Below, piece after piece: positions 40,743 through 50,940 of a stretch of DNA of 64,000 bases. The position numbers were made by a program, and so were the translations under genes. Origin of the DNA: an uncultured bacterium (lineage in GTDB: Bacteria > Oederibacteriota > PGYV01 > CAWJRG01); the NCBI GenBank assembly GCA_963845185.1, contig CAWJRG010000006.1, forward strand, positions 83,388-147,387, in the 5' to 3' direction. Under the pieces are notes generated by a model, which ran no database searches, had not been told where the DNA came from, and saw only the letters and a program-made list of their open reading frames with translations. The stretch's first letter is position 1; each line of letters begins with the position of its first letter.

Positions 40743-42882
40743 CAGGAAAACTATTTTTATCTCAATAATACTGTTTTTGCTCACTTTTAACATATACGTG
40801 TATACCTTAAACCCGGTTTTTCACGCAGATGACTCGCCTGAGACTATCGCGTGCTCTTACACGCTCGGCATACAGCACCCGCCGGGCTATCCGCTGCCCA
40901 CGCTGATCGGAAAAATATTCACACTGATACCGGCAGGCAATATAGGATTCAGGGTAAATCTGCAGGCTGCTTTTTTCGCGGGGCTTGCCGCGGTTTTTAT
41001 TTTTCTCGCGATACTCGACATACTCAGGAAAAAGGAATTTGACGCAGGCATTGCCTTTACGTCGGCATCTGCCGCGGCTTTAAGCTTTGCGTTTTCGGAT
41101 GTTTTCTGGAGCCAGGCGCTTTCGGCAAAAGGCGGTATTTATACATTCAACGCCTTTTTTATAGCGGCTTTAATCTACCTGATTTTTCTGTGGGAAAGGA
41201 AACGCGAAAACAAGTATTTCTATATTTTCAGCCTTATGTGCGGCTTATCTGCGGCAAACCACTGGGAAAGCGTGCTTGTGGCAGTGCCGGCATTCCTGGT
41301 TTTTATCACGCTGGTTTTGCTCGACAACAGGTTTTATCTGAAAGTAAAATCAAAAAGCGCGGTTTACGCGGCCTGCTTTTTCCTTTTTGGGATTTTTGCC
41401 TATGTTTACCTTGTTATCCGCGCGAGAGCAGGCACTTATCTGGACTGGGGAGACCCTGTGAACTTTAAACAGCTCGCTTGGGTTGTAACAAGGGCGGAAT
41501 ACACGCACCTCGAGAAAGCCGCGGACATAAGTGTCATTCTCAAGCAGGCGGCAAGGATTTTAAAGTTCCTTATATCCGAGTTTTCAGTCGCCGGGTTCCT
41601 GATTTTTTTATACGGCATTTTTTGTTTCTGGAAATCCGGAAAAACCAGGCGGCTTGCCCTGGTTGGCGTGCTTTTTTTGACTGTCATTCTAAGCCTTGCG
41701 TTTTACCTCAACCTAAAGGACGAGATGATATGGGTCATGGATGTTTTTCTTATCCCGGCTTATCTGGCAATGGCGTTTGTGCTGGGCGCGGGCATAAGCG
41801 GGATTTTAAGCCTGATAAAAAAATTATACAGCGGGAAAACCGTACGCTATACTGCTTTGGCCATGGTATTTTTGCTGCCTGCATGGAACTTTTACTCAAA
41901 CTATCACAAATGCAGCCAGGACAGATATTTTTACGCTTATGATTTCGGCAAGAATATAACAAAATGCGTGGACAGCGGAGGCGGCATGGCTCTGCTGGAA
42001 GGCGATTACGCGGTAATGCCGCAGATGTATTTTAAATACGTGGAGAAAAACGTGAATTTCTGCCCGATAACCACTTTGTTTTTATCCACGGACTGGGGCG
42101 TGAAAAATCTTAAAAGGGACTGCCCGCTGATCTCAGTCATAAACGAGCCGCAGGCCACTTATACGCAGAAGCTGCAGGATATTATCGCGCTTAATTACAA
42201 GGAAAGGAACGTATATGTTTCAATATTCAGGCAGGCTTTCCAGCAGTTTTACAAGGAAGGCGATAATTTTATGGTCCCGAACGGCGTCCTTATGAAACTG
42301 TCAACAAACAGGATGGCTACCCTCAAACAGGCGGAAATAAATTTTAAAAGGATAACATACAGGAATTTGGTTGACGACAAACTTTACCAGGACTCATCCA
42401 CCAAGTTCTGCATATCAAATTACGCAAGCGCGTACATGGAAGCGGGGAACGCATACAGGAATTTAAAGATGGACGGCAAGGCGCTATTATATTTGACCAG
42501 GGCAATAGAGCTCGCGCCTGAGCAAAACAGGGCAGAGGCATACACGCACGCGGGAATTGAATATTCCACCATCAACAGGTATAATGACGCTGTGGACGCA
42601 TACCAAAAAGCATTGGCGATAAAGCCGGGGCTGATTGAAGCGCGCTCAAACCTCGCGGGCACATACAACATACTAAAGGAATATGACAAGGCCATAGAGC
42701 AGGCAAGCGAGGCCATCAAGATAAACGACAAGTTTTCGGAAGCGTATAACAACCTCGCCATTGCCTATTATTATAAGGGAAACAAGCAGGAAGCGATAAA
42801 TGTGCTTGAAAAGGCGGTCGCGATTGACCCGAACAACACAATGGCGCAGAACAACCTGAATATTTTAAGAGGACAAAAATAA
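40732..42882 (+). CDS. DUF2723 (TMEM260-like) GT-C membrane protein with TPRs
   Basis: DDSPETIACSYTLGIQHPPGYP, FWSQA, NH, WGDP motifs; C-terminal TPRs. Confidence 0.88.
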   Translation: MPNDRKTIFISIILFLLTFNIYVYTLNPVFHADDSPETIACSYTLGIQHPPGYPLPTLIGKIFTLIPAGNIGFRVNLQAAFFAGLAAVFIFLAILDILRKKEFDAGIAFTSASAAALSFAFSDVFWSQALSAKGGIYTFNAFFIAALIYLIFLWERKRENKYFYIFSLMCGLSAANHWESVLVAVPAFLVFITLVLLDNRFYLKVKSKSAVYAACFFLFGIFAYVYLVIRARAGTYLDWGDPVNFKQLAWVVTRAEYTHLEKAADISVILKQAARILKFLISEFSVAGFLIFLYGIFCFWKSGKTRRLALVGVLFLTVILSLAFYLNLKDEMIWVMDVFLIPAYLAMAFVLGAGISGILSLIKKLYSGKTVRYTALAMVFLLPAWNFYSNYHKCSQDRYFYAYDFGKNITKCVDSGGGMALLEGDYAVMPQMYFKYVEKNVNFCPITTLFLSTDWGVKNLKRDCPLISVINEPQATYTQKLQDIIALNYKERNVYVSIFRQAFQQFYKEGDNFMVPNGVLMKLSTNRMATLKQAEINFKRITYRNLVDDKLYQDSSTKFCISNYASAYMEAGNAYRNLKMDGKALLYLTRAIELAPEQNRAEAYTHAGIEYSTINRYNDAVDAYQKALAIKPGLIEARSNLAGTYNILKEYDKAIEQASEAIKINDKFSEAYNNLAIAYYYKGNKQEAINVLEKAVAIDPNNTMAQNNLNILRGQK

Positions 42883-44031
42883 ATGAACATACTTATGTTA
42901 TCCCCAGTTTTCCCTTTTCCGCCGGACGACGGCGACCGGCTGAGGATTTTTTATTTTCTGCAGCAACTTTCAAAAAGGCATGATATTTATTTCGCGTGTT
43001 TTTCAACGCACCGGGACGAAAAATATTTTGACGAGCTTAAAAAATATTGCGCCGGTGTAAGCTGTATACCCATGACAAAAGCGGAAATTTTCATGAAAGC
43101 AGTTGAGTCGGTTTTTTCCGGGATTCCGGTTAATGCCGGCGCTTATAAAAACAAGAAAATGAGACGCCTTGTTGCATCAATAATGTCCGTTAAAAAAATC
43201 GACCTGATTTTTGCCTACCGCATGAGAATGGCGCAATACGCAGAAGGCATTGAAATACGCAAGGTAATTGACATCGTGGATTCGCTGGCCCTTTATAATC
43301 AAAAGCGAAAGCAATACGAAAAAAATATCTTAAGCAGGATTTATATGGCTATTGACGGGCCAAGAATATTAAAATATGAAAAAGTATTAACCGCAAAGTT
43401 CAATTATGTTTTTATTAATTCCGGGGAGGACAGGGATTTTCTAAAAGGGAAGAATATAATCGTTGTTCCCAACGGCGCTGAGGGGCAGAAAACAAAAAGT
43501 AAAAAAAATACAGTTTTTACAGCAGGCTTTTTCGGGAACATGGCATACCCGCCAAACAGGGATGCCGCGCTGTATTTTATTAAAAATATATGGAAAAAAC
43601 TGTTGAATTCTGATAATAATATTAGGCTAATAATAGCCGGAAAGGGAAGCGAAAGCCTGAAAAATAAAATCGGCGGGCAGAATGTGGAAATAAAGGGCTA
43701 TGTAGATGACATTGTAAAGGAAATAAGCTCGTGGGATTTGAGCCTTGTGCCTGTGAGGTACGGAGCAGGCAGGCAGAATAAAATACTGCTTAGCTGGCTG
43801 GCTTCAGTTCCTGTGCTCGCGACGCCTTTTGCTGCGGCAGGCGTTTCCGGCAAGGATATGCATAATATTTTAATAGCCGGAAACGAAAATGAATTTATCA
43901 AAAAGATTGCTGTTATAAAAAACAATCCCGGGTTGGCAAAAAGGATTACTGCGGCTGCATTGAAAACATTAAAGAAAAACTTTGACTGGAAAAAGTCGGC
44001 AGGGATAATAGAAAAATATATCAAAAAGTAA
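42883..44031 (+). CDS. GT4-family glycosyltransferase
   Basis: PFPPDDGDRLR, FFGNMAYPPN, PVRYGAGRQNK. Confidence 0.88.
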   Translation: MNILMLSPVFPFPPDDGDRLRIFYFLQQLSKRHDIYFACFSTHRDEKYFDELKKYCAGVSCIPMTKAEIFMKAVESVFSGIPVNAGAYKNKKMRRLVASIMSVKKIDLIFAYRMRMAQYAEGIEIRKVIDIVDSLALYNQKRKQYEKNILSRIYMAIDGPRILKYEKVLTAKFNYVFINSGEDRDFLKGKNIIVVPNGAEGQKTKSKKNTVFTAGFFGNMAYPPNRDAALYFIKNIWKKLLNSDNNIRLIIAGKGSESLKNKIGGQNVEIKGYVDDIVKEISSWDLSLVPVRYGAGRQNKILLSWLASVPVLATPFAAAGVSGKDMHNILIAGNENEFIKKIAVIKNNPGLAKRITAAALKTLKKNFDWKKSAGIIEKYIKK

Positions 44032-44135
44032 AAAAATTTTGTTTTTCATTGAAAATTGAGAATTAAAAATTATTTGGAAACGGAGGCGGTTATGATTCTT
44101 CGATGTGCTCAGGATGATAAAACAAGGTGCGGAAA

Positions 44136-44708
44136 ATGAAAAAAATAATATGCTTGATTCTAATTAGTTTTGTAATAAGTTTCGCAATAACGGCAGATAA
44201 CACAGATTTGCCATTAGGAAGAAGCCTTTACTTCGGGTTAAAAGTTGGTTTTGATGGTACTTTAACCTCGAATGGCCTGGGAAATGATGTATTTTGGACA
44301 GGCGGGATTATTGCGAGGCATAATATTAACAACATTTTTGCATTACAGATGGAACTTAATTATTTCGGGACAAACTCTCCACCAGGTTTTGACCCGCCTT
44401 TATATTTTGCTACATCCCATTATATCCAGGTCCCGTTTTTGATAAAAGCAAACCTTTCAAAAGGCCCTTCTCCCTATTTGGATATTGGGCCTGCTTTTGA
44501 TTATGAGTTTGCGATAAATACAAATTGGCCAATTGTTCAACATTTATACAGGAGTTTCAGCGGTATTATTGGTCTGGGAATTGATTTTTCCCCGAAAGAG
44601 GAAAATGGAGTGGAATTGGAAATCAAGGCGGACCGGTCCATTGTAAATAACATCGCCGTAAATTATAACCCGGCTTTTATTTATTTTACGCTCGGGTATA
44701 TTTTTTAA
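44136..44708 (+). CDS. Small outer-membrane beta-barrel (porin/PorT-like family)
   Basis: Signal peptide, FGLKVG, LQMELNY, YIQVP, terminal TLGYIF aromatic beta-signal. Confidence 0.7.
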   Translation: MKKIICLILISFVISFAITADNTDLPLGRSLYFGLKVGFDGTLTSNGLGNDVFWTGGIIARHNINNIFALQMELNYFGTNSPPGFDPPLYFATSHYIQVPFLIKANLSKGPSPYLDIGPAFDYEFAINTNWPIVQHLYRSFSGIIGLGIDFSPKEENGVELEIKADRSIVNNIAVNYNPAFIYFTLGYIF

Positions 44709-44891
44709 AAATACTTAAAGAATAATAAATAATATTTTTATAAAGTGGACTGTTTTTAATCCCTTACTTTCAAATCTTTTCATCCATCTACCAATCCAGA
44801 AAGAAATTCCTTTTTTGAAGGGATGTATTATAATTTTCCGGAGGGAACTCTTTATAACCTCCGGTGGGTTTTAGAGGAGCCGACGACTTCA

Positions 44892-45007
44892 GAGACTGTC
44901 TCAAAACTGTTTTTTCAACGAAAACAGCCACAGCATATTGTTGTTTGACCTTTCGTAAAACAAAATGTTGCGCGAAAAAGTTTATTTTTTCGTTTTGAGA
45001 CAGCCTC
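44892..45007. mobile_element. 116-bp MITE with IS1182-like terminal inverted repeats
   Basis: TIRs GAGACTGTCTCAAAAC / GTTTTGAGACAGCCTC flanked by TTCA direct repeats (44888-44891, 45008-45011). Confidence 0.75.
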
Positions 45008-45132
45008 TTCAGTTGGCGGGGTTCCACTTGTCAACGGCAACAAACTGCGTAAAATGCAGGAAAAAAGACGGCGATAAAGAACCAATCAAATTATTACTTG
45101 ACAAATTATGCGGTATCGTATAGATTGTCAAC

Positions 45133-46416
45133 ATGAGCCTGAAACGAAGAGTATACCAAAACATAATAAAAGACCTAAAGCGCAGGGAAGTATCGATAAT
45201 CATCGGGCCGCGGCAGGTCGGCAAGACTACCCTTTTAAAGGAATTATTTTCTTTCTGTGCGCAAAAGAAAATAAAATCCTCGTATTATAATCTTGAAATG
45301 CCGCATGATCTTTCCTCGTTTTCCGGTGATTTTCAAAAAGTCCTCAAAGATATCTGCGCCGGCAATAAAGTCGTAATGATAGATGAATTTCACTATTTGC
45401 CGAACGCCACCAGATTATTTAAGGCGGTTTATGACGGTTGCCCCAGAATCAAAATATTCGCCTCCGGATCTTCGGCGCTTGAAATGCACAGACATATGAA
45501 GGAAAGCCTGGCAGGCAGGCGTATATTGCACAGGGTTTTTCCCCTTTCCTTTTTTGAATGGCTGCCTTCGCAGATAAAAAACGCTGTTTTACCCCGGTGT
45601 ATTGACCTCGCTTTGGGGGAGGCAGATCATACGATGCTGAAAAAGCAGCTTGATAAGTTTCTGGTTTACGGAGGCATGCCAGGACTGGTTCATGAGAAAA
45701 ATAACGACGATAGAAAAAGGCTTTTGATAGACCTGGTAGCGACATACATACAAAAAGACATAAAGGCGCTGCTACGGGACGAGGATGTCATTTCTTTTAA
45801 CAGGCTTTTGTCGGCGCTTGCTGCGCAGGACTCCGGGATATTGAGCGAGAACGCTTTCTCCGGAAATCTCAATTATTCACTGCGCCAGGTAAGAAAAGAC
45901 ATTACGATACTGAACCAGATGTTCATACTTTACAGCCTGAAACCATTTTCCTTGAACAGGGGCAGGGAGCTTAAGCAGTCGAATAAATCATATCTTTTTG
46001 ATCCGGGTATCAGAAACGCGGTATTAAACGATTTCAGGAGATGCAAGGACAGGCCGGATAAGGGCGCTATATATGAATCATTTGTTTTTCTTGAAATGCA
46101 GAAGAATCTGCGCGTAGCGCAGGAAATTTATTACTGGAGGACAAGGCAAAAAGAAGAAGTGGATTTTGTGCTTATGACCGACAGGGTGCCGTTACCGGTA
46201 GAGGTTAAGTCGAAAATAATACCGGGTGAAATACCTCAGGGCATCAAAAGGTTCCTGGACGTATACCCGGAATGCAATTTGGCGGTTGTGATGAACACGG
46301 ATTATCACGGACAAACCGGTTATAAAGATAAAAAGATAATTTTTGTTCCCCACTATTACGCGGCGTTAATCCCTGAATGTGGAAGGACAGACAGGCTGTC
46401 GACAGGGAAAAAATAA
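45133..46416 (+). CDS. AAA_14/DUF4143 family ATPase
   Basis: GPRQVGKT, IDEFH, SGSS, ESLAGR, GGMP, DPGIRN, YWRT...EVDF...VEVK. Confidence 0.9.
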   Translation: MSLKRRVYQNIIKDLKRREVSIIIGPRQVGKTTLLKELFSFCAQKKIKSSYYNLEMPHDLSSFSGDFQKVLKDICAGNKVVMIDEFHYLPNATRLFKAVYDGCPRIKIFASGSSALEMHRHMKESLAGRRILHRVFPLSFFEWLPSQIKNAVLPRCIDLALGEADHTMLKKQLDKFLVYGGMPGLVHEKNNDDRKRLLIDLVATYIQKDIKALLRDEDVISFNRLLSALAAQDSGILSENAFSGNLNYSLRQVRKDITILNQMFILYSLKPFSLNRGRELKQSNKSYLFDPGIRNAVLNDFRRCKDRPDKGAIYESFVFLEMQKNLRVAQEIYYWRTRQKEEVDFVLMTDRVPLPVEVKSKIIPGEIPQGIKRFLDVYPECNLAVVMNTDYHGQTGYKDKKIIFVPHYYAALIPECGRTDRLSTGKK

Positions 46417-46445
46417 TATGGAAAAGCAGCAGGATATATGATATA

Positions 46446-46536
46446 AAATCCCCTGCGTCCCCCTTGTTAAAGGGGATAAATTAAGGAAAATGCAAGTTAA
46501 ATCCCCTAAGCCCCATTTATTAAAGGGGATAAATTA
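46446..46536. repeat. Two tandem REP-like AAATCCCC...AAAGGGGATAAATTA palindromes
   Basis: 46446-46483 and 46499-46536 share ends and self-complementary CCCC/GGGG arms. Confidence 0.55.
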
Positions 46537-46550
46537 TAGGAGAGTTTTTA

Positions 46551-47825
46551 ATGAAGATAAGGACATACTTAATAGGCGGTTGCTTGGGATTGCTGTTGTT
46601 TACATCGTGCGTAGTTTACAAGGGAGAAAAAACTGCCCCTGTAACACAAAATGAAGTCACGGCAGAAGAGACAGAAGCTGCGAACCTTTATAACGAAGGC
46701 AAATACGTGGACGCAATTACCAAGCTGAAAGACATGCTGGAAAAGGACCCGAAGAACCCTGTTATATGGGGCCAGCTCGGCAGCGTTTACGCGCAGATAA
46801 ACCAGTTTGAATATGCGGAATACGCGCTGCAACAAACCCTGAAATATGACCCGAAAAATATCAAGGCCATGTACAACCTGAGCATTGTTTATACTGAAAA
46901 AGGCGATGAAAGCAAGGCCTTAAAACAGGTAAAAAAAGCCCTGAAAATCTCCCCGAAAAACCCCCTGCTTCAGGCCAGCCTGGGCAATATTTTAATAGAC
47001 ACAAATGAAACAAAAAAGGCAAAAGTAGTCTATGAAAGGCTTGTCCAAACAAAGCCGGATTTTGACCTCGCCCATTTCAACCTGGGAGTAATAAATTACA
47101 AGGAAAGGAACCTTGATGCGGCTGAGAAAAATTACAAAGACGACCTTTCCTTAAAACCCGACGATTATGAGGCAAAAGAAAATCTTGCGGCTATATATAT
47201 TATAAAGGCAAATTACGCGGAGGCGGTTGATTATTTAAAACAGGTGATTGAAGCGAACCCGGACAATGACATTACCCTGGAAAACGCTTATTACGACATG
47301 GGCGTGGCGTATATCCGCCAGGACAAAAAAGAGGATGCGCTAAAGGCCTTTGAAGAGGCCCTGCGGATAGAGCCGTGGGATATGGCTGCTTATGTCAGCG
47401 CGGCTATTGTATCGGAACAATTGGGGTTTAAGGAAAAAGCCATAAAATACTGGCAGAAGTACGACAGGCTGCTGCCTGTCAATAAACGCAAGGATGAAAT
47501 CAAAAAGCGGCTCGCGAGATTAAAAGCAGGGATTATTTTTGACGAAGGCAAGCAAACAGCCGCTGAAAAAACCACAAAAACAGCCAAGAATAAAACGAAA
47601 AAAAAGAAAAAACAGGAAGCAGAATCTATAACGCAAACAGCTGAAGAAATCGTTATACCTCCGGCGCCGGACGAGACAAACGTCCAGCAAGCCGGTCAGG
47701 CTGAAAAAGGGAAAAAAGAAGAAACAACGCCTGAAACCACACCGCAGGATAAAAGCGGCGAAAAATCCGGGAGCAACCAGGGAGAAAAACAGGACAATAA
47801 CAATAAAGGGGACAATAAGAATTGA
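46551..47825 (+). CDS. TPR lipoprotein with charged low-complexity tail
   Basis: Lipobox-like LLLFTSC; multiple TPR motifs. Confidence 0.85.
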   Translation: MKIRTYLIGGCLGLLLFTSCVVYKGEKTAPVTQNEVTAEETEAANLYNEGKYVDAITKLKDMLEKDPKNPVIWGQLGSVYAQINQFEYAEYALQQTLKYDPKNIKAMYNLSIVYTEKGDESKALKQVKKALKISPKNPLLQASLGNILIDTNETKKAKVVYERLVQTKPDFDLAHFNLGVINYKERNLDAAEKNYKDDLSLKPDDYEAKENLAAIYIIKANYAEAVDYLKQVIEANPDNDITLENAYYDMGVAYIRQDKKEDALKAFEEALRIEPWDMAAYVSAAIVSEQLGFKEKAIKYWQKYDRLLPVNKRKDEIKKRLARLKAGIIFDEGKQTAAEKTTKTAKNKTKKKKKQEAESITQTAEEIVIPPAPDETNVQQAGQAEKGKKEETTPETTPQDKSGEKSGSNQGEKQDNNNKGDNKN

Positions 47826-48700
47826 AATGGTGTTTTTTTGCGGCATTTATATTATTTTTTGTAACAGTGTTTGCCGATGTTGATGGTTTAATACAGAGGG
47901 CAAAAGAAGATATAGATAAAGAAAATTACAAGGAAGCAACCAGCCTTTTGAAAGAGGCGGAAAAAGACGCTAAGCAAAACAGCCTTATGGGCATTTATAT
48001 AGACCTCGGAATATGCTACAGGAAAACCGGCAATTATGATGAAGCAATCAATTATTATAAAAAGGCGCTCGTGTTTTCCCCAAAGATGGCGGATATTTAT
48101 TACAATATAGGGCTGGCTTATTATTATAAAAAGTCATACAAAAAATGCATGGAATACCTCGGTAAATGCATAAAAATTTCCCCGCAATATACCGAGGCGT
48201 ACGGAGCACTTGCCATGTGTTACAGGGATAACGGGAACTTGAACATGGCGATGGCAACCGTGAACAAAGCCCTGGTGATAAATCCGGAATATGCCGGGGG
48301 TTATAACATACTGGGCAACTGCTACGAAGACAATAATATGCACGAAGGTGCAATACAAATGTACATGAAAGCAATACACCTGAAACCGAATTACACGTCG
48401 GCTTTTTACAACCTCGGGGTTGTATATGACGAGACAGGCAGGTACCAGGACGCTGTTTTTTCATACCGGCAGGCGCTCAAGCTTGACAGTTATGACCCGC
48501 AGATATGCTACAACCTCGGAATTGCGTGCATGCACGCAAAGGATTTTTACAGCGCCGGGGATTATTTTAAGCAGGCAATTGCGCTCGACAACAACATGAG
48601 CGCTGCATACGATAACCTTATCATGTCAATGAAGAGCTCGGGCATGAGCGACGAAGCCGCCAAGTGGGAAAAAACAAGAATGGAAAGATTCGGCAAATGA
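47822..48700 (+). CDS. Secreted TPR protein
   Basis: Signal peptide; repeated YYNxG...Y.KA TPR motifs. Confidence 0.85.
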   Translation: MKWCFFAAFILFFVTVFADVDGLIQRAKEDIDKENYKEATSLLKEAEKDAKQNSLMGIYIDLGICYRKTGNYDEAINYYKKALVFSPKMADIYYNIGLAYYYKKSYKKCMEYLGKCIKISPQYTEAYGALAMCYRDNGNLNMAMATVNKALVINPEYAGGYNILGNCYEDNNMHEGAIQMYMKAIHLKPNYTSAFYNLGVVYDETGRYQDAVFSYRQALKLDSYDPQICYNLGIACMHAKDFYSAGDYFKQAIALDNNMSAAYDNLIMSMKSSGMSDEAAKWEKTRMERFGK

Positions 48701-50631
48701 ATGAAAATATAAAGAGGATTCTGCTGATTTTGCTGCTGGGGGCCGCATTTCTTTTTGAAAAAATATATGCTTTCCCCAAGGAACTGCTTTTTTATGTGGC
48801 GGAACTGACGGCTTTTGCCCTCGGCATAACTGTGTACCTGGCGGCCGGGATCAGAATTCTTAAAATCCTGAAAATAAAATACGACAACATTGAAAAATAC
48901 CCTTACGCTTTTGCCTTGTCTACGGTTTTTATCTCAACTTTCTGGTTCGCAATAGGGGCGCTTCCTTTTGCCGTATACAAATTTTATTTTGTTTATATAT
49001 TTGTTTTTTTAACTGCTTTGCTGACTTTAAACGAAATAAAGGAAATTATCTCCGATATAAGGAAAGCTGCCGGCTATATCATGAAGAAAAAATACGATTT
49101 TTATACAGGCCTTGCGGCATTTATAGCAGGGGTAATATTCCTGTACGTTTTCATTTCATGCCTTGTGCCGCCGCTTTTTTACGACACACTCACTTACCAT
49201 CTTGCGGTACCGCAGCAATATGTTGCTGCAGGAAGGATTGTGGATTTGCAGGGGAATATTTACTCATATTTTCCCGGGCTGGTCCAGATGAATTACCTCA
49301 TTTTCATGCAGCTGGGGGGTGATATTGCCGTAAATGTTTTTCAGATATTCTTTTATTTCATGTCTATCGTAATAATTTATAAGTTTTCAGCGGCAGTCAA
49401 AGGAGACATAAGTTACACGGTTTTGCTTGCCGCAAGTTTCCCGCTTTTTGTGCTTAACGCGCTGAGGTGCGGAGTGGATTTGCCGCTGGCATTTTTTATT
49501 TTGCTGGCACTGTATTTTATGCACAAACAGCAGTGGACGGCCGCGGACCAGAAAAAAGAAAACGTTCAGGGCAGGAGTATTTTTTTAGGCTTGATTTTAG
49601 GCGCAATAATCACATCTAAATATACCGGCGCAGTAGCCCTCGTTTTTGTCGCAGCATATTACGGTTATCTATTTTACAAAAAAAGCATCAAGTCCGGGGA
49701 AATCGCGGCAATAATCCTGATCCCTTTTTTGGTACTGCTGCCGTATGCCCTGAGAAATTATATTTTTACAGGAAACCCGCTATATCCTTTTGCAACCGGA
49801 TTTTTTGCCACAAGCCAGCAGTTAAGAAACGAAGCAGTTGCCTATGTCGGCCAGGTACACGGGTTCGGGCTGAGCCATGATGTAGTGAATTTTTTACTGG
49901 CGCCTTATGATATGACCTTTAACCCGGTGATTTTTGGCGGGGATGTCATATCGCCGGTGCTGCTAATAACCATAGCACTGCTTTTTACAATTAAAACAAA
50001 AAACATAAATTTTTTACTTATATTTTGCGGGTTTTATTATACAGTATGGTTTTTTACCGGGGAGGTATTACGATTTATTTTGGGGCCGCTCATGCTGATG
50101 GTAATTGTTGCTGGTTACGTTGTAAAAAAAACCGACAGCAGACTCAAACACCTGCTTTTCGGCCTTATTATATTTGTACAGATAAGGGCATCGGTTTATT
50201 TTGTCGAAAAATACATGCAGCCGTTCGGCGTATTTGTCGCGAAAAGGGCTGAATATGTGGCGCATACAGTATCGTATTTTAATGCCGCTGAATTTATCAA
50301 TGCAAAAACAAAGCCGGAAAACGCGGTGCTTTTTCTGGGCGAGGCAAGGTCATACTACTGCGAAAGGCGCGTTTACACAAATACGGTATTCAACAGGATG
50401 CCTGTTTTAAGCGATTTTAACCGGGAAAACTACGACAGCGCAGTCAATGAGCTTAAATTAAAAAAAATAAAATATATAATGGTTAACTTCGAAGAACTTG
50501 AAAGACTAAAAACAGGGGGATTTAACGATATTTACGCCATGGTGTATTCGCAGAAATTCAAAAATTTTATAGACAATTACTTCATAAAATTATACACTGA
50601 CGGCAAATGCGATGTATATGAACTTAAATAA
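48697..50631 (+). CDS. Multi-pass GT-C-like (PMT/ArnT-like) membrane protein
   Basis: PPLFYDTLTYHLAVP, KYTG, RNYIFTGNPLYP, many TM helices. Confidence 0.75.
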   Translation: MNENIKRILLILLLGAAFLFEKIYAFPKELLFYVAELTAFALGITVYLAAGIRILKILKIKYDNIEKYPYAFALSTVFISTFWFAIGALPFAVYKFYFVYIFVFLTALLTLNEIKEIISDIRKAAGYIMKKKYDFYTGLAAFIAGVIFLYVFISCLVPPLFYDTLTYHLAVPQQYVAAGRIVDLQGNIYSYFPGLVQMNYLIFMQLGGDIAVNVFQIFFYFMSIVIIYKFSAAVKGDISYTVLLAASFPLFVLNALRCGVDLPLAFFILLALYFMHKQQWTAADQKKENVQGRSIFLGLILGAIITSKYTGAVALVFVAAYYGYLFYKKSIKSGEIAAIILIPFLVLLPYALRNYIFTGNPLYPFATGFFATSQQLRNEAVAYVGQVHGFGLSHDVVNFLLAPYDMTFNPVIFGGDVISPVLLITIALLFTIKTKNINFLLIFCGFYYTVWFFTGEVLRFILGPLMLMVIVAGYVVKKTDSRLKHLLFGLIIFVQIRASVYFVEKYMQPFGVFVAKRAEYVAHTVSYFNAAEFINAKTKPENAVLFLGEARSYYCERRVYTNTVFNRMPVLSDFNRENYDSAVNELKLKKIKYIMVNFEELERLKTGGFNDIYAMVYSQKFKNFIDNYFIKLYTDGKCDVYELK

Positions 50632-50730
50632 AAAATTATCAATCCGAGCGAATCCACCGACTTTAGTCAGTGGTGGGGCGTGGGGGCGAAGGCCCCACAC
50701 CTTATTGACCACCAACAAAGTTGGTGGTCT

Positions 50731-50917
50731 CCTCTCCCTCGACGGGAGAGGAAAAAAGGAGAGGGTGAAGAAGCGGCAATAGCTATGTAAATTAAAATAA
50801 AAGATAGAATGAGAAATAAGAAAAAGAAGTTTTGGGATCTGATGTTGGCGTGAAGTGACACAGTATCAGCTGCTACCTCACCCTCATCCCGACCTTCCCC
50901 CGTCGAGGGGGAAGGGG
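50731..50917. repeat. Inverted pair of REP-like CACCCTC...CCCGTCGAGGG elements
   Basis: 50731-50768 is the reverse complement of the 39791 element; 50878-50917 is a forward variant. Confidence 0.7.
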
Positions 50918-50940
50918 AAGTTTTAGAATCCTCCGACGAA

